Part shown: positions 13,649 to 28,500 of the stretch, in pieces
Layout: every line of letters starts with the position of its first letter
How positions within the stretch are numbered: position 1 is the first letter of the stretch
Assembly (NCBI GenBank): GCA_964016885.1
Contig: OZ024742.1
Span: forward strand, 231,570,001-231,634,000
Origin: Eledone cirrhosa
Lineage: Eukaryota
Direction: 5' to 3'
Length of the DNA stretch: 64,000 nt
Notes under the pieces: generated by a model
Databases searched by the model: none
Told to the model about the DNA's origin: nothing
What the model saw: only the letters and a program-made list of their open reading frames with translations
Made by a program: the position numbers and the translations under genes

Positions 13649-14749
13649 GGTATCATTATGAATTTTTGAAAATATTTAAATCTAACTTCTATACTTTTTC
13701 TTGGAGAGCATCTAAAAAGATACATTTTGATAACTCATTTGTGAAATTATATTTTAGGGAATATGACAGTTTGAATGGTCAGCAAATTGAATTGGTCAAA
13801 ATCTTGTCTAATTAAGCCTAAATGAATAATTAGCCATATTTGTGATGCCATATCTTTGAAACTGAGGTAATAATCATCTTCAAATTACACAAATTAATAG
13901 TGTCCATGGGATAGCAGTTACCTATTTTTTTTCAAGTTCTTGAAAATGAAACTTTTTTTTTTTTTTGCAATTTTAAAAACATTTGTGAAAAGCCTATTTT
14001 GTTGTATGTAACAAACAGTTGAATTCATGACGCAAGCGTAAGCTTTTCATGTGTTTTCAGACCTAGCTACATCCAAATGTACATGCTACAGGGACTTGAA
14101 TTTTGGCACATTTGTAATATAGGATAGAACAAAATAAATTGTGAATCAACAAACCACATGAAGCCACATTAACAAGACATAGAAAACTATAAAATGACAC
14201 TGTGACTGCATCACATTAAAAGATAAAGTTTTAACTCTAATGATACAAATGTTTGCAACAATCATTTAACTAGTAAAAATATTAACATTTGTATTAGCTA
14301 AACTGTTTTTAGATATTTTCTATTAAATCATCACAGGATGTTAAGAATTAAACCCTCCCTAAACATGAACTACAAATAGCTGAAAACTCCACACTATGGT
14401 GAACTTTCATAGCCACAACATCTGTAACATTGCCAAGACTGCTTCCTTCTCTTCTAAGGTTTATGTGTTTCCACATTACAAACGTCTGAGTAAAATCCAA
14501 CAAAAGACATCTGATGGAAATGTAAGCTTTCACTCATCAATGTGCTAAAACTACTAATACATAAACATGTTATGTTCTGTCTGTTCTAGCCATACAGCAA
14601 TAGTCTTTGCTATTCTAAACTAACGAATTATGTACTCTATCTTTATTTTAACCCCTTCGATATCAAACCCTCCAAAGCTGCCCCAGGTTCTATGGTATAA
14701 AACTCTATATTCTAAAGTGTTTGTAATTACCTAAAAACCTTCTAAAAAT

Positions 14750-15056
14750 TCTTCTTCTTCTCCCCCTCCTCCTACCCCTCTCCTTATTCCTGAGAGGATC
14801 GTTGGGGCTGATTGGTTTTGCTATAAAATCTGTCCAGTGATTCTTTTCTGAGATATTCTAACCACATGTCCATTGTATTGGAGCTGTGATCTCTCAATTC
14901 GGAGAAGTAGTGGCTCTATCTGGAGTAACTCTCTGATCTCCAACCTACGCATACTATCAAGTAACATTACTCAAAAACTCTTCGAAGGTACCCCATTTCG
15001 TGAACATATTCTTTCAGTCATTACCCAAGATTCATGACCATAGGTAAGGGTTGGTT
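14750..15056 (-). mobile_element. Short 3' fragment of a second RTE-like LINE family with a purine-triplet tail
   Basis: Minus strand reads PTLTYGHESWVMTERI...ERSQLQY.GHVVRIS. Homologous to 34790-35100. Confidence 0.7.
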
Positions 15057-15399
15057 CTCTTAGACAAATATTAAAATGTAAATTTCCCATATCATTTGTG
15101 GAAGAGACTATGAGATATTTTTTGACAAAGAGAGACCAATCAAAAGACAGTTTGCCATAACTTTATATTATTTTATGAAGCTAGGAAATCTTTACATTAT
15201 AGGATGCTATTTTTATAGTCTAGGTGGAAGAGTCCATTATTAGTGTTATAAACAGCATTACTACCAATTACTACTGCACTTATGTTGTTACTGTGAGGAA
15301 ATCAGCTTTATTTCAAGATAAAATTTGTTTTTTGGTGTGTATAAAGAAACTTAAGTAGTTGTAAAGAGTGTCCTGCTATTGATAAACAATATATTAAAC

Positions 15400-15606
15400 A
15401 TTTAGCATTTACACTACTCTATATATACTGTTGTATTGTATTTACATGATTATCTCACATAATATCAAATCCACGAGATTTTGATGTTATTTATTTTGAG
15501 AACAATACCTTAACATCAGTATGAGCTGCCAGTTATGACCAGTTTGAACAGAAAGAGGTGAAAGAATTTTGGCCAGATATGGCTAGTTTAAATGCTAAAG
15601 GGTTAA
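15400..15606. mobile_element. piggyBac-like TTAA MITE
   Basis: tttagcatttac...aaatgctaaagggTTAA, same internal sequence as the other copies. Confidence 0.75.
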
Positions 15607-15873
15607 TTGTAAGATGATAGGACATTTTGCAAACATGTTGAAAACAAATAGTATCAACAATATCATCTTGTCAACTATATAAGTGGAAATTTCTGTTCAG
15701 CACTGTAAAGGGACGTAATCAATAGTGGCTTATTGAGAGTGGAAATGAATTGTATTTGATTTGTGCAAATACTGTGAAAAAACTTGGTATTAAATCATAC
15801 TTTACATTGTATCAAAAGGCAAGATCTATTGATGGAAATCAAGCATAACGTAATTGGAAAAAATACACATCAT

Positions 15874-16102
15874 TTAATCCTTTAGCATTTAAACTGGCTG
15901 TAACCAGCCAGAATTCTTTCACCTCTTTCTGTTCAAACTGGTCGTAATTGGCCATTCATACTGACATTAAGATATTGTTTTAAAAATAAATAATATCAAA
16001 ATCTCATAGATTCGATATTATGTGAGATAATTATGTAAGATAAAGCCTTTACCACAAAAATACAATAGTATATGTGGAGTAATTTAAATGCTAAAGGGTT
16101 AA
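15874..16102. mobile_element. piggyBac-like TTAA MITE, inverted relative to the 15400 copy
   Basis: TTAAtcctttagcattta...taaatgctaaagggTTAA. CCC/GGG termini and a TTAA target duplication are piggyBac hallmarks. Confidence 0.85.
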
Positions 16103-16687
16103 AAATGCTATCACCTCAATCCTTTCATAATATTATTTCTAATGAAATACCCTCTATTTCAATTAATGAAGAATTTTGAGGAATTTACTAAAATTATTAT
16201 TCCATTACTAAATTGCTAACTAAACATGGTTCTCATATAAAATTATGTTGGAACTTTTGATTTAAATAGGAACCATAATTAAAGAGTAGTTTTGTTTCAT
16301 ATAACCAGAGGTAGTTTTGGCCAGGTTGGTATTAAAAGGGTTAAAGTGAAATATTTAACTTTACTGGAAAGACCAGATAATTTATGATAATAGAGAAAGA
16401 TCTGCTGTCAGAAATGAAGAAATAGCTTATCAGTTGAAAAGGTGCTGGTAATTGTAATCCACTTGTAATACTATATCCAAATTTAGTTTGCAACAAGAAA
16501 ACATGATTCAATCTTACCAATATCCTACATGATACTGACTCACAAGCCATTTATCTCAAGCCTGAATCTGAAACTGTAAATAACTCTGATGAAAATATGG
16601 CTTTTCTCACTTCAACAAATACAACTAGTTATACAAGATTGATGATAACATAATTTGTGAAACAAATGATAAGGACATATCAAGTAA

Positions 16688-17165
16688 TCATCATCATCAT
16701 CATCATTTTAATGTCTGCATCCCCTGCTAGCAAGGATTGGATGGGTCCATGCAAACCAAGTCAGTACTGAAGCGGATACACTCATCTAGAGAGGCCAGAG
16801 ATGTGTTACTCATTTATGTATGGTCTCACATTCCACTGAGTGCACAGGAGAGGTTGTCATGCTTTTGACATAACTGAAGGTCCTCATAACCTTTTCTTTG
16901 GCAAAATTTCTACAGCTGGATGCCCTTACTATTACCAACCACTTTACAGTGTGTACTGGGTGTGTTTATCATGTAAATTATCAACAGTAGGGAGGTTGTC
17001 ATGTCCCTGAGACAACTGAAGGGGTCCTCCTGCCCCTTTATCTGGCGACCTTTCTATCGATGGATGCCCTTCCTATCACCAACCACTTTACAGTGTGTGT
17101 TTATCATGTAGATCTACATTAGAGAGGCTGTCATGTCTATGACACAACTGAAGGCTCCTCCTGAC
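16688..17165 (-). mobile_element. RTE-tail short element with about 3 internal tandem duplications of a ~120-bp segment
   Basis: (CAT)n tail at 16688. gaggttgtcatg..acaactgaagg occurs three times; ggatgccctt.ctat.accaaccactttacagtgtgt occurs twice. Confidence 0.6.
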
Positions 17166-18609
17166 CTTTTGTTTGTTTGTTTGGCAAATGTGCATATGTT
17201 GTGTGTGTGTGGGGGGTGGGGGTGAAGTAGTGATGTTGAGAATAACTGTTAGGGAGTGCTATTGGAGGGGGGAGGTAGGTCAGGTCACATTGTATGCTGC
17301 AGGTCGGGTCTTCTTCAGCACTGCATAGCACCAACCCATGCGGTCTTTAGTCATTTCTGTTGTAAGATTTAAGGCTCTTTATTTTGGTAAGTTTTATAAG
17401 CCATATTTGTATGTCTTTGAGACAGCCAGGTGAATGCATTTGAATGAGCTTGCAGACAAGACAGCATAACTATAGTCTGACCGCAGGTGTGCAGGGATGT
17501 CCGGTAATTGAGATGTTAACCGGTAATTGAGATCCTAAAAATGGAAAAACCCACAGTCAACTGGGTCAAAGACACTTTGAGCGCAGCCAGTTAGAATCTT
17601 ATCTTTCCTTCACCGATACAATGTATTTCATGTCTGAAATTATTGACTCAACCGCAACGAGTTAACACTATGTAGATCTATTTTATTCCCTATTGTATAA
17701 ATAATATTTCAAATAAAAAAAAAAGAAAAGAATAAACAGAAGCGGGTAGCACACACATCTAGGACCACATACAACACATAATCAGATAATACACAGATCT
17801 TTGGAATATTGTTAATCAATTTTTTAGTAATCTACTGATATAAAAATCAGTAGTATATTGAAAAATGGAAAAATAGGGGGGGGGGGGGCGTTTCGTGATT
17901 TTGAGGGACAAAAGGGGGCATTTGGCCTAAATGGGTTGAGAACCTGTGATCTAGTTTATGGTGGAAATTTCTAATATTGACCAATAAAAAAAAGAAATGT
18001 TTTTATAATTATTTCATATGAAATTTGAATGAGTATATTTAGGGTAACATGATTAGTTTGACAGCTTAACCCAATCATCATCATCATTTTACATTGGCTT
18101 CCCATGCTGGAATGGAGTGGAGAGATCATCACTATCCAAGACAAGACTGATTAGGGAACCACATCTTGCTCCTATGTTCCATATTTGCCGTAGTTTCTAT
18201 GGGTGGATGTCTTTCCTAATGCTAACCACTTTACAGAGTGTACTGGGTGCATTTGACTAAAGTGTTCCCCCTCTATTCTACATTGCCTTGGTCTGTTGGT
18301 CTACTACTGTGCTAAGTGTGTTGTTACATTGTGACACCAACACTAGAAAGATTATCCCATCTACTGCAGGATAAAAGTGGGTCCTCTCAACTTCATACAG
18401 TCTCCGATCTCTCACTACATTTACATTTTTCTTGGCAGGGCTAGTACGAGTGAGAGGATCTTTTCTAGTTTGGCAATCTGCTAGTCAGTACGATTCTTTA
18501 TCATCTCCTTTATGAGGTTCAAGGATGTTTACAATTGATACTACCACATCCATTGATGATTTTGTATCATTTAGCACACTAAATGATTTTAATGTACTTT
18601 TTTTTTTTT

Positions 18610-21600
18610 TGTTATGACCATGCTGTAAAATGGAGGGGTAGAGAGGGCCCATGAGTCCAGTAAGACATCCTCTCTAGTGCTGGTGGCACGAATAAAAGCA
18701 CCCAGTCCATGCTGTAAAGTGGCACTGGTGTTAGGAAGGGCATCCAACCAGTGTATCAATGCCAAAACAATTATAAGCATAGCAACAAGTATATAGGAAC
18801 AACAAAAATATGAAGACGCCGCATCTCAGAGTTGCAACACTTAATGTTGGCACTCTCACAGGTAGATCTGCTGAAATAGCGGAGATGCTGGAGAGAGGGC
18901 GTGTACATGTGTGCATCTTAGCTATAAGCTTTTCTGGGTAGGTAAGGATGATGGGTTAGGGGGAGTAGGCATTTTCCTGGCTGAGAGATGGATCAATAAG
19001 ACAATAGAGGTAGTTCGAATTAATAATCAAATAATTAAGCTTAGATTAGTTGTAGGTAGGAGACTACTGACAATCATCTCTGCCTATTCTCCCCAAGCAG
19101 GCCTAGGCAAAGAAGAGAAAGACTGCTTTTACGAGCAACTTTTACAAACAACCGCAATGACAGAGGACGGAGACATCGTTATGCTAGCAGGAGACTTCAA
19201 TGGTCATATTGGACAGCTCCAGGATGGTTACACTGGGGTACATGGTGGACACGGTTACGGCTCAAGAAATGAAGAAGGGGTGAGACTTCTTGAATTTTGT
19301 GATGCAAGTACACTGACTATTTGCAACACTAACTTCCAGGTACCTGCCAACCACCTAATAACCTACAAATGAGGCGGGCACATAAGCCAGATTGACTTCT
19401 TACTCGTTAGGCAGCGGGACAGGCAGATGGTGTCAAATACCAAGGCATACCCTGGGGAAGAATGTACCCCACAGCATAGGTTAGTCATTAGTGATATCTC
19501 AGTAAACAAGAGATGGAATGAGACATACAGGAAGGTGTGGAGAAGAAAGGTCTGGAAGCTAAAAGACCTTTCACTAAAATACAAATTTAGGAAAGACCTT
19601 CAAGAAGTGTATGACGAAAAAGAAGACGATTTAGAGACGTATGACATAGATAATAACTAGAATTTCTTACGTGACAACTTACTGCAGGCTACTGGTGAAA
19701 CTTGTGGCTGGAGCAGAGCTCCAACCAGACAGAGAGTGACCTGGTGGTGGAACAGCACAGTAGATAAGGCCATTAGAGTCAAAAGACTAGCATGGAAGGC
19801 TTGGAAAAAGGGAGGGAGTAGAGAAAGATATACAGCCGCTAGGAGAGAAGCTAGACGTCAGGTGTCCTTAGCACGCAGGGAGGCTGAGAGTAGGAGGTTT
19901 GCCAATGTTCTGCAATGGGTAGATCAGAGGCGTGCGGTGTTCCACATTGCAAGGCAGTGTGTCAATGCAAATCAGGATGTTGTTGGGGATAAATGTGTCC
20001 GGAATGATGCCGGTGTACTTAGTGTCACGAATGATCAGAAAAAAGAGGCCTGGAAATGTCATTATGAGAGACTGATGAATGTGGAGAATGAATGGGAGAG
20101 AGAAAAATTACCCTCAGCAGATCCGACAGAGGGACCAGCTATTGAGATTGACGAATATAGGGTCCAAGAGGTGATTAAGGAAATGAAAAATGGTAAGGCT
20201 GCTGGACCGTCAGGGATAGTTGCTGAGATGCTGAAGGCATCAGAGAACGTAGGCACTAAACTGGTTGCATGCATCATCAATCAGGCTATATATGGTGGTG
20301 TCATACCCAAAGACTGGTGCAGCAGTATTCTCATAAATTGCTACAAAGGTAAAAGGGATGCTCTGGAGAGGAGCAATTATAGGGGTATAAAACTGATGGA
20401 TCAGGTTATGAAAGTGGCAGAAAGGATATTAGCACAACTAATTAGAGAAAGGGTCAAACTAGATGAGATGCAGTTTGGTTTTGTGTCTGGGAAAAGTACA
20501 ACAGATGCACTCTTCTTGGTGAGACAATTACAAGAGAGGTTCTTAGAGAAGAATAAGCCACTATACTTTGCCTTTGTTGACCTAGAGAAGGCCTTTGATA
20601 GGGTACCTTGATCTGTCATCTGGTGGTCCCTAAGGAAACTAGGTGTTGAGGAATGGCTTGTGAGGACAGTGCAAACTTTGTACATAGGTGCTGTCAGGAA
20701 AGTGAGCGTAGGAATGGAGTTTAGTGAGGAATTCCAGATACAAGTAGGAGTACATCAAGGTTCGGTCCTCAGCCCGCTATTGTTCATTATAGTCCTCCAA
20801 GCCATAACAGAGGAGTTTAAGACTGGCTGTCCATGGGAACTTCTCTATGCTGACGATCTGGTTCTTATAGCAGAATCAGTAGAGAAGCTAGAGAATAAAT
20901 TCTGGCTATAGAAACAGCAGTTGGAAGCAAGAGGACTGAGAGTGAACCTAGCTAAGACAAAAGTGTTGATGAGTAGAAAAGAGGACAAAACTCTGATTCC
21001 ATCAGGGAAATGGCCATGTTCGATATGCAGAAAAGGAACTGGCATAAATTCTATAAAATGTACACAATGCAGATCTTGGGTACACAAGAGATGTAGTGGG
21101 ATAGCAGGCAAACTAACAGGTAGTGAGAAATATGTATGCAGTAGATGTACAGGGAAAGTTGGCAGTAGAAGTCGCATTGATAGACACAATTTTCAAATGC
21201 AGGTGGGTTCTATAGAAGTGGTATATAGCTTCCGGTACCTAGGAGATCAGATTAGCATGGGAGGGCGGGTGTTCCGAGGCCATAGTATCTAGAATAAGGA
21301 CGGGTTGGATGAAGTTTAGGGAGCGGGTTTCTCCCTGCATACGAAAGGCCAGTCATATGATGCCTGTGTGAAGAGCGCGATGCTGCATGGTAGTGAGAAA
21401 TGAGGCAAGCATGCTCCGTTGGATGTGCAATGTCAATGTGCGTGAACGACCCAGCATGAATGTGTTGAGAGAGAAACTTTGTCTGAGAGGGATAGAATGT
21501 AGTGTACGAGAGAGGAGACTGAGGTGGTATGGACATGTGATGCGCATGGAGGATGACCGATGGGTGAAGAAGTGCCAGGAAATGCCAGTTGAAGGAAGAC

Positions 21601-21779
21601 GTGGTAGAGGTAGATCACGAAAAACATGGGCGGAGGTGGTGAGAACAGACCTCAGATCGCTGAAGCTCACGGTGGAGATGACAAAGGACCGTGACAAGTG
21701 GAGAGATGCTGTGCTGAATAAGACCCATCCCACCCTTGCAAGCAGGGAAAAGCGGATGTAAAATGATGATGATGATGAT
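18610..21779 (+). mobile_element. Near full-length RTE-clade LINE (copy A): APE endonuclease, RT and PHD-like finger, inactivated by stops and deletions
   Basis: ATG 18810 MKTPHLRVATLNVGTLTG; GVGIF, SAYSPQ, GDFNGHIG, SQIDF, QHRLV (APE); [45 protein letters not shown] (RT); RLRWYGHVMRM..GRGR; (GAT)n tail at 21763-21779. Confidence 0.95.
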
Positions 21780-22781
21780 TATATCACGGATGAGTTATTG
21801 TTAATAAGGTTGTCATGTTCTAGTTTCATAGCCTCATCTTGAGAGAGTATATTTACAATATATATATATCTACAGTGGACATAGCCTGGTCCAGTTGTTA
21901 AGGAGTTCACTTTGCAATCATAGGGTTTCAGTTTGATGTCACTGCATAATAACATATTAGCGCCATACATATTCGGTGTAGCAGTTAGTGTTAGGAAGGG
22001 CCTCCAGCCATAAAAACCATACCAAATATGGAATGTAATGGGCAAGATTGGTCATTCTGGCTTGTCTGGTCTCAGACCATGACAACCTGTCAACCCATGC
22101 CAGCGGGGAAAGAGTAAGTAAAAAGGATGATGATGATGATTAGCACCTAATTTGGTGACAAACCACTATTCAAATTAATATATTTGTGAGTTTTGTCATA
22201 ATAGTTGCAAGTATGACTACATAGTTAAGCAGCTTGCTTCACAACCATGTAGGTTTGGGTTCAATCTTACTACATGGTACCTTGGGTAAGTGAGTGTCTT
22301 CTACTATGGCCTTGGGCTGATCATTGTCTTGTGAGTGGAAATTTGGTAGATGGCAACTGCTGAAGCTTGTAGTACATATATCTGTATATAGTTGTGTGTT
22401 TGTCTCCACATGTGTCTTCAAATTGAAATTGTGTTGTCAACTGGTAACATTTGTTTGTGTTTTTCAAAAACAATATGTTCAGCAACTCAGCAGTTCAACA
22501 CCTGAAGATTGGTGGAATTAGTATTTTACTTGTTTTCAAGTAACAAACTTGAAAACAGGTAAGAGATGGCATTAAGAAGGACTTCTAGCCATGGAATACT
22601 ATCTAAAGTCATGGAAAAGCAGACATAAAATGATAATGATGATATGTCAGTAAGAGACTAGTTGTGTCAGTAAAAGCTATTTTGGTTCTGTATAAGAGCT
22701 TTAGTTCATAAACATTGTCTTAAATTATTTTAATGATTGTATATTTATTTCACCGGTTGAATTTAAATGTAAAGAAATTAA

Positions 22782-22922
<141 letters not shown>

Positions 22923-24356
22923 TAAGTATTACATTGACCAATTAATACAATATTCATAAAATTTGATTATGATAATGGTTACTCAAATGGAAAGACTACT
23001 TCCCATTTTGAATGTACTTTTAACCATGACTTTGCATAAAATTAAATATGGTCCCACAATAAAATATATCCAGCCCACACTATAAAGAGGTAGTGCTGGT
23101 GCCATGAAAAAAAGCATCCAGTCTGCCCTGTCAGGTGGTAGTATTTGTGTTATAAAAAAAAGTTAAAATTGGTACATGCTGTGAAGTGATTGATGTTATA
23201 TAAACCATGCAAAAATGGAGCGTATGAGCAAGACAGAATTTTCTGATCTGTCTATCTAGCCTCAGAGTGTGACAGCCTGTCAACAATACCAACGTGGAAA
23301 ATAGATGTAAAATGGCAATGATGATGATGATCTGTATTTCTCAGACATAGTATTGGTGAGAAAAATCATCTGCTGTCTTAAATGTATCAGATTCATGTAG
23401 ATTATAGACACGCACTTGCTTATAGCTGTTCACTAAATTTGATGGGTCTTTAGAGGATTTGTTCACTTCCCTAGTTTGGTTGTATGAACATCTCTTCTAT
23501 AGGTTTTTTGTAAGTGTATGCGCAACAAACAGTTCTCAAAAGACATACCTCAATGATTATATATACATAAGCATTTTAATCACTGAAATAAACGAGACAG
23601 GTTACTACATCTGTTGCTCCTTGACTTTGTGTCAGATATTGTCATAAAGGGGATGTGTTGAAATGTATCGTTGACCGCATGGTGCATTATAGATGCGACA
23701 GGCCAACAAACACGTCTTGTTGGCATGAAAGTCAAAGTCGGAAGAGACAGCCTTCAGCTAATGATGTCAGAACTAAGGGCAGTTAATAGTCTGTTTTTAA
23801 AGCCAGACACCAGGTGGCGTCATTTTGCTACAGGTCCATTGGTGACTGCACTTTTTAAAAAGCTTTAGCAACAGAGGATGTGACTGGAGAATCAATGATT
23901 GTTACTGCATATACTACACCTATAGTGTGTGGGCACAAGCAAGGAAACTATGGAAGCAGTAGTATTTCAAAGTTGTGGACATGCATGATACCCAAAAAAA
24001 AATCAAAGATACCCAAACTACTATGATGACAATGAGTTTCCCCTCTCCCCATCAAAATCCATGGTACCATTGCAGAAGAAGAAGCCTGTGCAACGAAGAT
24101 GCACAGTGGCGTTGAGTGTGCAAATATTTCGTTATTACTTTCTTTTATTGTGATATGGGTAGATTCAGTGGCAAGGGTACCCAAGACATCTAGTGCCTCC
24201 TTCCTGCTGCAGAAGACTGCTGGAAATCCAGTCTATCAGAAATTGCCCTAGCTTATTTCAGATCACTTTGAGTACTGTGGGTAACATGCACTCCAGTAGA
24301 TCCTGTAACATGTTGGAGCTAATGTCAACTAAATCGACAACTCCACCAGGTTCTGT

Positions 24357-24583
24357 TTGACCCTTTAGCATTTAAACTGGCTGTATCCAGCCAGAATTCT
24401 CTCACCTTTCTGTTCAAACTAGCCATAACTGGTTGCTCATACTTATGTTAAGGTATTGTTCTCAAAATAAATGATATCAACATCTCATAGATTCAATATT
24501 ATGCGAGATAATTATGCGAAATAAAGTGTTTACTGTGAAAATACAGTAGTAAATATAGAGTAATGTAAATACTAAAGGGTTAA
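24357..24583. mobile_element. piggyBac-like TTAA MITE
   Basis: ccctttagcattta...taaatactaaagggTTAA. Confidence 0.85.
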
Positions 24584-24958
24584 AAGGGTTGCTAGAAACC
24601 CATCAAAACAAAAAGAAGACCTGTCAAAAGAATAGATGTATCCAACATTAGAGTCAACGGCTACCTAGTAATTTTGCACTTGCCTTTAAAAATGAAATTA
24701 ATAGAAATGAAGCCATAGTGAAACAGAAATCTGTTTGTTATTGTAATGAAACATGCTAGCAGGGAGAACGGACATTAAATGAGGATGATGATGATGATGG
24801 AGGATGTGGTTTAAGGTTGATTTCTTGAGAATCTATGTAGAGACTCCCTCAGTGGTTCATGTTTGCTGTTGATTATTTGAATGGGTTTTGATTAATGCAT
24901 ATGTCCATGTATGCTGTTATGAGTTTGTGCATGCTTTTGTGTTCATGTGCCCATCTGT

Positions 24959-25490
24959 GAAGGTGCATGGCTTAGTGGTTAGAGTGTTCAGCTCACGATT
25001 GTAAGGCTGTGAGTTTGATTCCTGGCAGTGCGTTGTGTCCTTAAACAAGACGCTTTATTTTACATTGTTCCAGTCCTCTCAGTTGGAAAAAATGGTTTCT
25101 ATCTGTAATTCAAAGGACTAGAATAGTCACACACTATCTCCCTGAGAATCGTTTTAACCCTTTACCATTTACATTACTCTATATATACTATTGTATTTTC
25201 ACGGTAAACACTTTATCTCACATAATATCGAATCTATGAGATTTTGATATTATTTATTTTGAGAACAATACCTTAACATAAGTATGAGCGACCAGTTATG
25301 GCCAGTTTGAACAGAAAGAAGTGAGAGCATTCTGGCCGGATACGGCTGCTTTAAATGCTAAAGGGTTAAGAGTACTCACATCTATGGAATGCTCAGCCAC
25401 TTGTATGTTAATTTCATTAGGAGGCTGTTCAGTTATTTGATCAACTGATGATCTCATCATCAGAAGTGATGATTGTCCAACAGTGTGTGT
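24959..25490 (+). mobile_element. tRNA-derived SINE interrupted by a TTAA MITE (25154-25369)
   Basis: A box tggcttagtgg and B box gagtttgattcc. The MITE is bounded by TTAAccctttac...aaagggTTAA and is inverted relative to the 24357 copy. Confidence 0.8.
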
Positions 25491-25537
25491 TAATCTATTT
25501 CTCATTGTGTTTATATGATTGTGTTTGTGTGGTACTT

Positions 25538-28500
25538 GCTGTATGTGTGTGAGACTGGCTGTATGTGTGTGTGAGACTGGCTGTATGTGTGTGTGAGACT
25601 GGCTGTATGTGTGTGAGACTAGCTGTATGTATGTGTGAGAGACTGGCTGTATGTGTGTGTGAGACTAGCTGTATGTGTGTGTGTGAGACTAGCTGTATGT
25701 GTGTGTGAGACTAGCTGTATGTGTGTGTGAGACTGGCTGTATGTGTGTGTGAGACTGGCTGTATGTGTGTGTGAGACTAGCTGTATGTATGTGTGAGAGA
25801 CTGGCTGTATGTGTGTGTGAGACTGGCTGTATGTGTGTGTGTGAGACTGGCTGTATGTGTGTGTGTGAGACTGGCTGTATGTGTGTGTGAGACTGGCTGT
25901 ATGTGTGTGTGAGACTGGCTGTATGTGTGTGTGAGACTAGCTGTATGTGTGTGTGAGACTGTCTGTATGTGTGTGTGAGACTGGCTGTATGTGTGTGTGA
26001 GAGACTGGCTGTATGTGTGTGTGAGACTAGCTGTATGTATGTGTGAGAGACTGGCTGTATGTGTGTGTGAGACTGGCTGTATGTGTGTGTGCGACTAGCT
26101 GTATGTGTGTGTGTGAGACTGGCTGTATGTGTGTGTGAGACTGGCTGTATGTGTGTGAGAGACTGGCTGTATGTGTGTGTGAGACTAGCTGTATGTGTGT
26201 GTGAGACTAGCTGTATGTATGTGTGAGAGACTGGCTGTATGTGTGTGTGAGACTGGCTGTATGTGTGTGTGAGACTGGCTGTATGTGTGTGTGAGACTAG
26301 CTGTATGTGTGTGTGAGACTGGCTGTATGTGTGTGTGAGACTGGCTGTATGTGTGTGTGAGAGACTGGCTGTATGTGTGTGTGAGAGACTGGCTGTATGT
26401 GTGTGTGAGACTAGCTGTATGTGTGTGTGAGACTAGCTGTATGTATGTGTGAGAGACTGGCTGTATGTGTGTGTGAGACTGGCTGTATGTGTGTGTGAGA
26501 CTGGCTGTATGTGTGTGTGAGACTAGCTGTATGTGTGTGTGAGACTGGCTGTATGTGTGTGTGAGACTGGCTGTATGTGTGTGTGAGAGACTGGCTGTAT
26601 GTGTGTGTGAGAGACTGGCTGTATGTGTGTGTGAGACTAGCTGTATGTGTGTGTGAGACTAGCTGTATGTATGTGTGAGAGACTGGCTGTATGTGTGTGT
26701 GAGACTGGCTGTATGTGTGTGTGAGACTAGCTGTATGTGTGTGTGAGACTGGCTGTATGTGTGTGTGAGACTGGCTGTATGTGTGTGTGAGAGACTGGCT
26801 GTATGTGTGTGTGAGAGACTGGCTGTATGTGTGTGTGAGACTAGCTGTATGTGTGTGTGAGACTAGCTGTATGTATGTGTGAGAGACTGGCTGTATGTGT
26901 GTGTGAGACTAGCTGTATGTGTGTGTGAGACTAGCTGTATGTGTGTGTGAGACTAGCTGTATGTGTGTGTGAGACTGGCTGTATGTGTGTGTGAGACTAG
27001 CTGTATGTGTGTCTGAGACTAGCTGTATGTGTGTCTGAGACTAGCTGTATGTATGTGTGAGAGACTGGCTGTATGTGTGTGTGAGACTAGCTGTATGTGT
27101 GTGTGAGACTAGCTGTATGTGTGTGTGTGAGACTGGCTGTATGTGTGTGTGTGTGTGAGACTAGCTGTATGTGTGTGTGAGACTGGCTGTATGTGTGTGT
27201 GTGAGACTGGCTGTATGTGTGTGTGTGACTAGCTGTATGTGTGTGTGAGACTGGCTGTATGTGTGTGTGAGACTGGCTGTATGTGTGTGTGTGAGACTGG
27301 CTGTATGTGTGTGTGTGAGACTAGCTGTATGTGTGTGTGAGACTAGCTGTATGTGTGTGTGAGACTAGCTGTATGTGTGTGTGAGACTGGCTGTATGTGT
27401 GTGTGAGACTGGCTGTATGTGTGTGTGCGACTCGCTGTATGTGTGTATGTGAGACTGGCTGTATGTGTGTGTGTGAGACTAGCTGTATGTGTGTGTGAGA
27501 CTGGCTGTATGTGTGTGTGTGAGACTGGCTGTATGTGTGTGTGAGACTGGCTGTATGTGTGTGTGTGTGAGACTGGCTGTATGTGTGTGTGTGTGAGACT
27601 GGCTGTATGTGTGTGTGAGACTGGCTGTATGTGTGTGTGTGTGAGACTAGCTGTATGTGTGTGTGTGAGACTAGCTGTATGTGTGTGAGAGACTGGCTGT
27701 ATGTGTGTGTGAGACTAGCTGTATGTGTGTGTGAGACTAGCTGTATGTATGTGTGAGAGACTGGCTGTATGTGTGTGTGAGACTAGCTGTATGTGTGTGT
27801 GAGACTAGCTGTATGTGTGTGTGAGACTAGCTGTATGTGTGTGTGAGACTGGCTGTATGTGTGTGTGTGAGACTGGCTGTATGTGTGTGTGAGACTGGCT
27901 GTATGTGTGTGTGAGACTGGCTGTATGTGTGTGTGCGACTAGCTGTATGTGTGTGTGTGAGACTGGCTGTATGTGTGTGTGTGAGACTAGCTGTATGTGT
28001 GTGTGTGAGACTAGCTGTATGTGTGTGAGAGACTGGCTGTATGTGTGTGTGTGAGACTGGCTGTATGTGTGTGTGAGACTGGCTGTATGTGTGTGTGAGA
28101 CTGGCTGTATGTGTGTGCGCGACTAGCTGTATGTGTGTGTGAGACTGGCTGTATGTGTGTGTGAGACTGGCTGTATGTGTGTGTGAGACTGGCTGTATGT
28201 GTGTGTGTGAGACTAGCTGTATGTGTGTGTGAGACTGGCTGTATGTGTGTGTGAGACTGGCTGTATGTGTGTGTGTGAGACTAGCTGTATGTGTGTGTGA
28301 GACTAGCTGTATGTGTGTGTGAGACTGGCTGTATGTGTGTGTGAGACTGGCTGTATGTGTGTGTGTGAGACTGGCTGTATGTGTGTGTGAGACTAGCTGT
28401 ATGTGTGTGTGAGACTGGCTGTATGTGTGTGTGAGACTAGCTGTATGTGTGTGTGTGTGAGACTAGCTGTATGTGTGTGTGAGACTAGCTGTATGTATGT

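Noticed and set aside
24959-25030. tRNA gene
   Set aside because: A/B boxes are present but there is no complete cloverleaf, and it continues into a SINE body. The same applies to the other tRNA-like heads.
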